Positions 48,264 through 57,600 of a stretch of 64,000 bases of DNA are shown in pieces. Origin of the DNA: an uncultured virus (IMG/VR IMGVR_UViG_3300044715_001903). Taxonomy: Duplodnaviria; Heunggongvirae; Uroviricota; Caudoviricetes. The notes below the pieces were generated by a model. It was not told the DNA's origin, did not search any database, and was given only the letters and a program-made list of their open reading frames with translations. A program made the position numbers and the translations under genes. The DNA lies in the IMG/VR virus record IMGVR_UViG_3300044715_001903. The stretch is one strand, 5' to 3'. Each line of letters opens with the position of its first letter. Position 1 is the stretch's first letter.

Positions 48264-48857
48264 ATGGCTACAGCACCATATATTGACGGAACTGGGACTA
48301 TAAGGCAACGGGCGTTATCTGCTACGTCAGCAGGGACGACGAACAATCCTGATGTCGCCATTTTTGAGATTAATGGGAGTATTACGGCATCCAACCCGTC
48401 CGTCGTTGCGACTGGGGGAACAGTGCCGGCAGACGCGACTTTGATCGGTGCTTCTGATGGTACGAATCTACAAGCTCTCAGGGCAACTAACGCAACACCT
48501 ATGGGGACTGAGCGAGGTCTAATCGTTAGGAACATTCCTGAAAAACCGACTATCACCCCTGTGTCCGGGACTATTGCAACCAGTGGGGATAATACTATTG
48601 TTGCCGCACCTGGTAGTGGACTTTCAATTTACATTACTCACTTAGTTTTGCAAAATGAATCTACAACGGCAACAACGATAATTCTGAAGGGTTCTAGTAA
48701 TTTACTTCGATGCTTAGGGCAAACCCAAGGAAGCGGTTTAGCACTGACTTTTCCCGAAAGAAGGGAGATAAAATTAGCCACAAATACCGCACTAATTTTA
48801 AATTTAAGTGGTGCTAATTCTGTTGGCTATTCAATTGGATATTACACGGGGGCTTGA
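48264..48857 (+). CDS. Virion fibre/decoration protein
   Basis: Thr/Gly/Ala-rich beta protein immediately after gpJ. Confidence 0.65.
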   Translation: MATAPYIDGTGTIRQRALSATSAGTTNNPDVAIFEINGSITASNPSVVATGGTVPADATLIGASDGTNLQALRATNATPMGTERGLIVRNIPEKPTITPVSGTIATSGDNTIVAAPGSGLSIYITHLVLQNESTTATTIILKGSSNLLRCLGQTQGSGLALTFPERREIKLATNTALILNLSGANSVGYSIGYYTGA

Positions 48858-48861
48858 TAAA

Positions 48862-49320
48862 ATGACATCGAGAATTGAGATTTTACAAACTGAATTAGCT
48901 AATATGGAATACGCCGATTTAGTGACAGCACAAAATTATCCGGCTATTGCTAATCTGTTAAACAATCGTCCATTAATAGCAAATCCAGATACGCAAACAG
49001 AAGTACCTAAAATACCGACAATTGAGGAAGTAATTACTTTGGTTAAGCCGCAAGAAGTGTTTGCAATATACGAAACTAAAACCTATGACCGGGTGTTGGA
49101 TGCACTTCAACAAAAAAATTTAACTTGGATAATTGGCAATACTCAAGCACTGCTTGCAGGTGGTGTTTTGTCTCAATCTTCCTATGACGCTATTATCGCA
49201 AAACTAGGAGAAACCGAACTAGACCCAAGCTACCAATCACAAATACCCGGACAATCACGCGCTGAAGATTTAGGGGTTTACCCTGTCAATGCTTCACAAG
49301 TTCAAGAGGCACTTAATTAA
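48862..49320 (+). CDS. Hypothetical virion-associated protein, paralogue of 39764..40195
   Basis: See paralogue. Confidence 0.75.
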   Translation: MTSRIEILQTELANMEYADLVTAQNYPAIANLLNNRPLIANPDTQTEVPKIPTIEEVITLVKPQEVFAIYETKTYDRVLDALQQKNLTWIIGNTQALLAGGVLSQSSYDAIIAKLGETELDPSYQSQIPGQSRAEDLGVYPVNASQVQEALN

Positions 49321-50280
49321 ATGCCTTACGATTACATTAATTTTAGTTGCATACTTGATTCTGTTTACGGTACGCCGGGGCTTTATGCAGATTTAACAGC
49401 CTGTGAAAATGCCGTAAATGATGGCAGCGTTAAACCCGTTTTAATTCTTAACCCGTTGTGGAGTGCATCCAAAAAAGCATCACTCCCACTATTAATAAAT
49501 AAGCTAGGTGACGGATATCAGCAAACGGTTTTTCAAGGCGTTGATCAGATAAATGAAGAATGGTCTATAACGTCGCCTGTACTGATTGGGTCACAGGTGA
49601 ATGATCTATTAAATCAACTGCGGACTTTATCAGGAACTTCATTTTTATGGAGCCCTAACAATGGCGTGATTGATTACCAAGAATTTACTTGTGAACAATG
49701 GCAAAACATAAGATTGGGGGTGGATCAATATCAAATCACAGGAATATTCAAGACAAGTAAATTATCCAGTGGAACTCTAGTTCTACCTCCGGGACATTAC
49801 TCTGATGTCTATTTTAGCAACCTCCTAGGATATTACAATTCGAGCCTAGGGAATATCCTCCAATTTACAGGGGAAGCGACACTGCCTGAGCCAGATTTAA
49901 CCCCAGTCGCGTCTATCTTAGGCGCATGGCTCACAAATCCAATGACGGCTATCGGGAACGGCTATTGGTCGGATCTACAATCTATTCCTCTGCAATGGGT
50001 TTTGTTCACAGAAAACGCGATTATTTACCCTATTAACCTTACTCAAAAATTGAATAATGCAGTAATTGAGGCTGGAATAGACAACGCCATTTTTATCTGG
50101 TTGAATGGAGAATTTAAATATGGCGCAACAGCCGAAGGTGGTGCATCCCCCCAGGAATACCAGATTAAGTTAGGAAGCTTAAACCCCGGCACTCATTATA
50201 TCCAAGTTCTCCGGTCTGATAACGGAGGACAAACAGGCTATTTTTTCCAGTTGCGCGGATTGCAGTTCATACCTGATTAA
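49321..50280 (+). CDS. Second gpM-like protein fused to a carbohydrate-binding-like domain
   Basis: LGDGYQQ....G...W...F.WSP...C..W; C-terminal IDN...IWLNG...L.PG.H. Confidence 0.7.
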   Translation: MPYDYINFSCILDSVYGTPGLYADLTACENAVNDGSVKPVLILNPLWSASKKASLPLLINKLGDGYQQTVFQGVDQINEEWSITSPVLIGSQVNDLLNQLRTLSGTSFLWSPNNGVIDYQEFTCEQWQNIRLGVDQYQITGIFKTSKLSSGTLVLPPGHYSDVYFSNLLGYYNSSLGNILQFTGEATLPEPDLTPVASILGAWLTNPMTAIGNGYWSDLQSIPLQWVLFTENAIIYPINLTQKLNNAVIEAGIDNAIFIWLNGEFKYGATAEGGASPQEYQIKLGSLNPGTHYIQVLRSDNGGQTGYFFQLRGLQFIPD

Positions 50281-50303
50281 TTGTCAAATTACAGAAAAAT
50301 ACT

Positions 50304-51086
50304 ATGAGCATATTAGGAAGCGGGTTATTGACAAGCGTTTCTTCTCCCCAACCAGATCCCAATCCTAACGTTGATCCATATTTAAATAGTGTTGTATTGC
50401 TTCTTAAAGGCAATGGCACTAATAATACGAATATTGTTGATAATTCTAGTTTTAATCATTCAATCATGAACCAAAACGGAGTAATTAATACAATTAACCC
50501 TAAAAAGTATGGTCTTGGTAGTTTGTTTTTTTCGGGTGCTAACCACCTCACCCTAGGTTCTGATTTTGTGTCTAATTTTGCTCCCTTTGCAGGGAGCAAA
50601 AAAACTATAGATTCTTTGATCAAAATAACAGAACCAGCGACATATTGGGTATCAGGCATAATCGGGAATTATAGAGCTGTAGCGGCTAATGGTCGCTGGC
50701 GAATGGGTTATACTACTTCATCTCTATTAATAGAAAATCCCACGATATCCCTACACTTCACTTGGACTATAAGCCCAGGTACTGAGACTGAAGTAGTTTT
50801 TACTCAACCTTATGTAAATGATTTCAATCATTTAGCCGCTTGCATAGATTCTACAATACCTCAAGCAACTATTATCTATCTTTGCATTAATGGAGTAGTT
50901 CAAGCTTTTAACAATAATAACTTTGCAAGTCAAACAACTTTATACAATGCCCATGCCCATACTATTGGCGGAGGCATGGATTACACAACTGCCATAAAAG
51001 CTCATGTAAATGTTTTGAGGCTTACTAAAAACGTCAGGTACACAGGTAATTTTAATGTTGAAACAGACACTTACCTAAATATTTAA
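50304..51086 (+). CDS. LamG/ConA-like virion protein
   Basis: DPY.NSVVLLL.GNG...D.S; KYG.GSL.F.G; LRLTK..RY..NF. Confidence 0.75.
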   Translation: MSILGSGLLTSVSSPQPDPNPNVDPYLNSVVLLLKGNGTNNTNIVDNSSFNHSIMNQNGVINTINPKKYGLGSLFFSGANHLTLGSDFVSNFAPFAGSKKTIDSLIKITEPATYWVSGIIGNYRAVAANGRWRMGYTTSSLLIENPTISLHFTWTISPGTETEVVFTQPYVNDFNHLAACIDSTIPQATIIYLCINGVVQAFNNNNFASQTTLYNAHAHTIGGGMDYTTAIKAHVNVLRLTKNVRYTGNFNVETDTYLNI

Positions 51087-51123
51087 AAAGGGAAAACTAA
51101 AGGCAGTCATATAAATACATCCT

Positions 51124-51837
51124 ATGCCTTTAGTTATTGCCCGCCCCTCAGTTGTTGAAACTACGCTGGGAATTACCTTCCAGATTGGTGAATTACCCAC
51201 GCAAACAGTCGGCAACATTGTTATCAGTTCTAGAACACCGCCCTCCTACACAATCACCACCTCTGCATCTGCACTATCTGGCGCGGAATCTATTAATGTG
51301 GCAGCCTTGCCAGTGGCGTTGGATGCTGGGACTATCCTAACCTTCGGAAGTACCACAGTGACAGTCAGTAATCGCGCTGCCGCTGCTGCAACGTCAATCC
51401 AAACCTTGCCGCTATCAGCCTCAGTTGCCAGCGCGGCAACTGCAACAACTAAAGCCCTTGTGTTCGTCGCAGGGTGCACAAACGCTACCATTACACCCCA
51501 GATAAAAAACTCCGACACCACTAATTATTTAAGTGGCTTAGGCATGGAAAAAGTGACGGTAGGTAATGCCAAGACAATGGCTTTAGACTTCAACCTAGTC
51601 TATGGAGACCTAGGCGGTGGCATTCTTCGGAAGATTGCTCATCAAGACGCTTTTGCTGGGCGTGAGTTTTATTTTAGGCTGGCATTCCCAAGCGGTGAAG
51701 CCCATGAGGGTGTAGCCTTACTTGAATCGGCATCACCTCAAAACCCAGTTCAGGAAAAACGGGCTTTCAGTTGTAGCGCACAGATCCAAGGTGATAGCTA
51801 TTTCTATACACCCCCGACAACTGTAACTATTTCCTAA
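51124..51837 (+). CDS. Major tail (tube) protein
   Basis: Position before the tail chaperones; DTTN...G.EK, F.L.FP.G...EG.A. Confidence 0.7.
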   Translation: MPLVIARPSVVETTLGITFQIGELPTQTVGNIVISSRTPPSYTITTSASALSGAESINVAALPVALDAGTILTFGSTTVTVSNRAAAAATSIQTLPLSASVASAATATTKALVFVAGCTNATITPQIKNSDTTNYLSGLGMEKVTVGNAKTMALDFNLVYGDLGGGILRKIAHQDAFAGREFYFRLAFPSGEAHEGVALLESASPQNPVQEKRAFSCSAQIQGDSYFYTPPTTVTIS

Positions 51838-51840
51838 TAG

Positions 51841-52104
51841 ATGACATTGCATAAATGCCTCCACTCAACCGGACATACAGTAGCGTTGATTAATTGTAAG
51901 CTGCGCTCAGATCACTTGATTTGTGGTGCGGCTTATTTCACATCTGGACTACCTGTAAATATGCCTGTGTACAGTTTATCTGGTGAGAAAATCTGTTTAA
52001 TTGTCGTACCAGAAGCCATTAGGAAAAATCCCACTTTTACCCGATTACTCTCACCACAAGACGATATAAGGATAGAATATGCAGAACCCCTGGGGAATCC
52101 CTGA
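51841..52104 (+). CDS. Hypothetical protein
   Basis: ORF within the tail operon. Confidence 0.55.
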   Translation: MTLHKCLHSTGHTVALINCKLRSDHLICGAAYFTSGLPVNMPVYSLSGEKICLIVVPEAIRKNPTFTRLLSPQDDIRIEYAEPLGNP

Positions 52105-52867
52105 GATAGTTGTTATTGCTGGTTTTCCGCTGCCTAAAATGGGCGGATTAAACCCAGAAGAAAAAGATTATATGGCAGATAAAATCCGTAATGTGCAATT
52201 CCAAGAAATTGCTCCATTGGCGGAAATTGCAGATATTGTTGTTGAGAAAGAAAAAATTTCCCAACAAGAAGCAATTGGTTTAATTCGCAGAACTTTAGAA
52301 GGAAACACGGGTAAAACTGAGGAAGAAATAGACCGATTGCTTACATTTGCGATTGACTACCGCAACGAACTAGGTAGAATTAAAAAGCCTGAAATGATGG
52401 TTGAGCGACAATCTCAGGAAGTTGCAATCATGATTTTAAAATCACGACTTGCGCCTGATTGGATATTGGCTAATATTGATAATCTCAAAGCATCATTCCG
52501 CTGTTCGCCTGACAAGGAAAAATGCTCTCAATTGATGGCAGTTCCCGAAGAAAGATGGATGTCTGATCAAAACAGAGATGATATTATCCGTCAAATTGTC
52601 CGCAAACTTCCCCAAAACTTATACTCACAATTATTCTCATTCACGTTAGGCGAAGAGAGGGAATGGGCGGAATTGCCAATATTTACAGTTGAACAAGAAC
52701 CAGAGGAAGTAACGCTGGGGGAGCAATCAAAAGGCTTCAAGAGTACCAAGAGCTCACGGAAAAAGAACGTGAGTTCTACCGAGAGTCCTATTACACCATC
52801 CAGTATTTTGGAGTCACAGACCCCAGTTATCACAGAAGAAACTTCCACCGCGTCCCTTGTTGGGTAA
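52079..52867 (+). CDS. Tail assembly chaperone (gpG-like)
   Basis: Follows the tube gene; slippery site near its 3' end. Confidence 0.7.
   Translation: MQNPWGIPEIVVIAGFPLPKMGGLNPEEKDYMADKIRNVQFQEIAPLAEIADIVVEKEKISQQEAIGLIRRTLEGNTGKTEEEIDRLLTFAIDYRNELGRIKKPEMMVERQSQEVAIMILKSRLAPDWILANIDNLKASFRCSPDKEKCSQLMAVPEERWMSDQNRDDIIRQIVRKLPQNLYSQLFSFTLGEEREWAELPIFTVEQEPEEVTLGEQSKGFKSTKSSRKKNVSSTESPITPSSILESQTPVITEETSTASLVG
52717..52723 (+). other. Putative programmed -1 frameshift site GGGGGAG
   Basis: The -1 frame is open from here through ORF 52876..53145. Confidence 0.7.
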
Positions 52868-52875
52868 TTCGGGAA

Positions 52876-53145
52876 ATGGTGGAAAGTTTGTACCGTCAGT
52901 ACAAATTGCACACCAATTTAGAATCAAGTGCGATCGCTAAAATTGGCGCGTCGTTCTCTGAGAAAGCGACATTACAAGACTTCTTGCCATTTCCAGATAC
53001 GGAACAGGGGCAAAAGCAGAAAATACCAATGTCGCGGGAAACAGCACAAATTTATATTGAGTTGCGCGACATTGGTATTCTTCCTCCCCGTGTGCTTGGG
53101 GCATTTGCAGATATTGAGGGAGAGATTGAGAAATTAGTTAAATAG
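52876..53145 (+). CDS. gpT-like portion of the frameshifted tail chaperone
   Basis: In the -1 frame of the upstream gene; DFLPF motif. Confidence 0.65.
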   Translation: MVESLYRQYKLHTNLESSAIAKIGASFSEKATLQDFLPFPDTEQGQKQKIPMSRETAQIYIELRDIGILPPRVLGAFADIEGEIEKLVK

Positions 53146-53189
53146 CGTGTTAGATTTACAACACTTCTTTTATTTTGCGGATCACATTT

Positions 53190-53870
53190 ATGACCAAATA
53201 TTTTCTAGACACAGAATTTATAGAGGACGGAACGACTATATCATTGATATCTATAGGGATTGTCTGCGAGGATGGCAGAGAATTTTATGCCGTCAATAGG
53301 GATTGTGATTTAACTAAAGCATCCCAATGGGTAAAGAATAATGTAATTTCTAAGTTACCTCCCAAAGATCCGTTGCCTATTGAGGTTTCACCACGTCTTT
53401 GGGAGGAATCAAAAGTATGGAAAACGAAGGCTGAGATAGCGGAAGAAGTTGCTAATTTCTTCTATTGCTATGGTGAAGTAGAATCAGTAAAACCAACCGG
53501 ATGGAATAAATTTCTACTAAAAATTCAATCTCAATCTCCAATTTGGCTAATCAGGTTAATGCAAGCAACCCAGGTGTTTGCTTATCATTCAAAGACTAAA
53601 ACAAAATACAGCTTAGGGATTGGTAGAGCAAAGCCTGAAATATGGGGTTACTATGCAGATTACGATCATGTCGTATTCTGCCAATTATTTGGGGCAATGA
53701 TTGCATTGCCAAATGGATTTCCTATGTACACAAAAGACATCAAGCAGTTGTGTGATGACTTAGGTAATCCTGAACTACCAAAACAAGAATCTGGTGAGCA
53801 TAATGCTTTAGCTGACGCGAGACACAATCAAGTCATGTATCAATTTTTGATGAATTTAAAGCAGGGTTAG
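53190..53870 (+). CDS. DEDDh 3'-5' exo(ribo)nuclease (Rv2179c-like)
   Basis: FLDTEF, ISIGIV.EDGREFY, YADYD.V, HNALADA. Confidence 0.85.
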   Translation: MTKYFLDTEFIEDGTTISLISIGIVCEDGREFYAVNRDCDLTKASQWVKNNVISKLPPKDPLPIEVSPRLWEESKVWKTKAEIAEEVANFFYCYGEVESVKPTGWNKFLLKIQSQSPIWLIRLMQATQVFAYHSKTKTKYSLGIGRAKPEIWGYYADYDHVVFCQLFGAMIALPNGFPMYTKDIKQLCDDLGNPELPKQESGEHNALADARHNQVMYQFLMNLKQG

Positions 53871-53954
53871 GGGATAGTCGTATGACTGTCGCAACAACCG
53901 CTACACAAGTGGCGGTTTTGTTGTTACAATGGTGATTTTATTTTACGATCGCAC

Positions 53955-54563
53955 ATGACCTTCAATGTAGATATCCCCCACTTCAAATGTTTTATTAACA
54001 AGTCATTTCTTTATGATTGGGATTTACAGCAAACAGGATGCGTACCCGTCCGGGTATTCGGCATGACTTCTATTCCTGGTCGGGCAGTTGGGTTTAATTT
54101 AGTTACTAACCAGGGAGCGCAATTTGCTAGAGTCCCAATTCATGCTCTCGCTTGGAGAGAAGATTGCGAGCAACTACCATTAGATTGGTTGCAATTGTGG
54201 GATTGCTTGAGTTATCAGCCATGTGCGATCGCCTATTCCTACCTTTCCGAACTACGTTGTAAAACCATTCTCAAAGATGGAAAATGGTATGACGGTGAGT
54301 ATATGTTCACAATTGATTGGGTTGGTGGAGATTGGGCGGAAGATCCAAGCGAACATAAATGTGGCCATGTTTTAAAACTTGATAACGGTTGTTTCGCCAT
54401 TCAACCCAACAACCGAATAATCTGGTTTGACCCCAGTTTTATTACTGAACCATTAACGAAAAATCCTGGCTACAAAATCCATGCTCACAGATACAATAGC
54501 GAATCTTCTGGATGGATATCAGAAAATAATGGCAATTTTTTCTATGAGATAATTCGATTATAG
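53955..54563 (+). CDS. Conserved-looking phage hypothetical protein
   Basis: QLWDC.S, Y.FTIDW, EHKC.H...LDNG.FA.QPNNR. Confidence 0.75.
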   Translation: MTFNVDIPHFKCFINKSFLYDWDLQQTGCVPVRVFGMTSIPGRAVGFNLVTNQGAQFARVPIHALAWREDCEQLPLDWLQLWDCLSYQPCAIAYSYLSELRCKTILKDGKWYDGEYMFTIDWVGGDWAEDPSEHKCGHVLKLDNGCFAIQPNNRIIWFDPSFITEPLTKNPGYKIHAHRYNSESSGWISENNGNFFYEIIRL

Positions 54564-54642
54564 CAATTTTAGATGATCTAATCCTAGCTTTTTAAGGGAA
54601 AAATCATTCAAATGCCTATAACATTGAGGCGGGTTTATTCCT

Positions 54643-57600
54643 ATGACTTCCCTTGGTACTCTTGAACTACAGCTAACGGCCAACCAAGCCGCACTATACC
54701 AACAATTGAATCAAACCAAGGCTTACGCCACGCAGGTAGCCAAGGGTATTGAGAAGCAGATAAACCAAGCCTTTGGAAGTGTCGGAGGAAACAGGCTAGG
54801 AGGTTTAAACCAAGCAACTGCTCAAGCTGCGAGTGCCGGACAGGCCGCGGGGAGAACTTTCACGGATAGATTCAAGAACGCAGTTGAGCCGATTAAGGGC
54901 ATTTTAAGCAATGTCTTTAATGGTGTTTTTGTTGGGGCTGGGATTGGGGCGTTTAACTCAATTACTGGTGTAGTTGGTTCGGCACTGGGTGCGGTTCAAC
55001 AATTCGCGGGTGAGATTTTCAATGTTACCAAAGACTTCCAAAACTTTGAATCTTCACTAAAAACCTTCCTCAAGGGCAATCAAAAAGAAATTGATGATTT
55101 TGTCGGCAAGTTAGAGAAGTTTGCAGCTACTACACCGTTTGAGCTAAAGGATTTACAGCAAGCAGCAATCCAAAACTTAGCAACCGGTGCAAAACCAGAT
55201 CAGATTATCAAAGACCTCAAAACCATTGGTGATGTCGCCGCAGGTGCTAACGCCAGACTTGGCGACTTGATGGAAGTTTACGCCAAATCACGGACTGAGG
55301 GGAAATTACAGAATGAAGACATTGACCAATTTACGGGGCGCGGGGTGCAGCTTCGGGCTGAACTTGCCAAAATGCTAGGGGCAAAGGAATCTGAAATTAG
55401 ACAACTGGCCACAGACGGAAAACTAGAATTTCGTCACCTTGAGGAAGCTTTACGCCGCATGAGTGCTGAGGGCGGGGCGTATTTTGGGGCAATGGAGAAT
55501 AAAGCAAAAACTTTAGAAGGTCGTCTATCCAACGTCCAAGATACTTTTTATCAGTTCCAGAAATCAATCGGCGTGGCATTTGAGCCGATCATGAATTTCA
55601 TTGTCCAGACATTTGGTGATATTGTGTCTGGCTTGACATCTTCTAACGGAATCATGAAGGATGTCCGCAAAGAATCTGAGAAATTAGTCGGAACTTTTAA
55701 AGCTAATCCGCAGTTGGTTCAATCCCTAAATAAAGCTATTCAAGAGTTAGTAGCGGGTGCGTTTAAATTATTATTAGACGGGATAACAAGTTTCACCAAA
55801 TATTTAGAAACTAACCCGAATATTATCAGGGATATGTCTACTGCCTTTAATGATTTTTGGGGAGTAGTTAAAGTCGTTTTTGACGGGTTAAAATTTATTT
55901 TTGATGGGATAAATTTAATTGTTGGTGGTATCCAAGCAGGTGCTAGAGGCGCGGCTGATATTTGGGTTGCCAGTGAACCAACTTTAAATAATATTTGGCA
56001 GAAAACCATTGATATATCAAAAGCGATCGCTGATGGAATTGTTGCGGCATGGAATACCTGTGTAAATTTAGTTAAATCATTGATTAAGTTGATTCAGTCC
56101 TTATTTAATGGTGTTGTAAATCTCACAACTAACGGCATTAATTTGTTGAATGCAGGGCTAAAAACCGCAGTTTCAATTACTCAAGCTATTGGCGAAAATA
56201 TTGGTAAATGGACATCAAATATTGGTAGTGCTATTCAAAAAGCTGGGGAATTTGCAAGTCAAGGAATACCGGGAATTGGCAGCGCGTTTCAATTAGCTAC
56301 CAAGAAGGCTGAGGAATTTTGGAAATGGGCAACAGGACAAAATCAACAACCAACGACACAGCCGCAAGCACAGCTACAGGCATCGTCACCTAACTCTGGT
56401 AATGGTAATAACATAATAGGGAACATCGTTCAGGGCGTGCAAGGTTTTTTTGGGTTAGGATCACCCGCGAACCCCAAAAGCAAGGTAATCATGCGCCGCA
56501 CTGGGCAAAAAGACGAAAACGGGCTAGAGAAAATAGCCTTGGTAGTTTATGACGATCAAGGACGGGCGATCGCTCAACACACTGTAAATAGCGGTACTCG
56601 TCGCACCCAAGGAATGTTCGGGGCAGGTGGAACTACTCAAAGCGGATCACTAGCACCTGTTGAATATGGCACTTACAATATTGGTGGCGAAGTTGCAGGG
56701 ATGGGAGCAGGAGTTGGATCAAGATTTATTCCTGTAAATCCCACTTTTCGCACTCAACGATCTGCAATTGGTTTTCACTTAGATGCAAACCGACAGACAG
56801 CCCCAGGGAGTGCTGGGTGTATTGTTTTTGCCAACCAACAAGAGTTTGACAGTTTCCGAAATGCTCTCAAGCAAAGTGGCGCAAAACAATTGATTTTTGA
56901 TGAAGGGAAGGGGCAAGTAGGTATTGTGAACGCCGTCGTCGGGACAGAGCTTAATAGCTTTAAGCCTATCCAAGAAGCAGCGAAAAATGCACTACCCACA
57001 GGTGCGGGTTTATCGTCTCGCACTGCCAATATTGTGCGTGGTAAGAATGAGGAGATTTTCGGTAAAGCTGGCGTGACAGATAGCTTAGTTGCGCTAGTTA
57101 AAAAATCAGAAGGTTTTGCAGCAACACCATACTTTGATCGAACTCAATACTCGGTTGGTTTTGGGACTAAGGCTAAATCAACAGGCGATCGCTTAACAGT
57201 TGAAGAAGCAAACCAACGGCTATTAAATGAGTTACTTTACAAACGTTCTCGCGTTCAGAAAATGGTCAAAGTCCCCATCAACAATAATCAATTGGATGCT
57301 TTGACCTCGTTCGCTTTTAACGTGGGTGAAGGGGCATTAGGAGAAAGTACCCTACTCAAAAAACTAAACTCTGGAGATTATGCAGGTGCGGCTAAAGAGT
57401 TTCTGAGGTGGAATAAAGGTGAACATCGCGGAGTTAAACAAGCATTGCCAGGATTAACCAAGCGGCGTAACTCTGAGATGCAATTATTTCTGAGCCAGTC
57501 AAATACTACACCTGCTCAACAAGCAGCTATTGGAGAACGGAGAACGGGGAACGGGGAATTAGCGCAAACCCCAGGTGTCGCTCAAGGTGGCAATGCCGAA

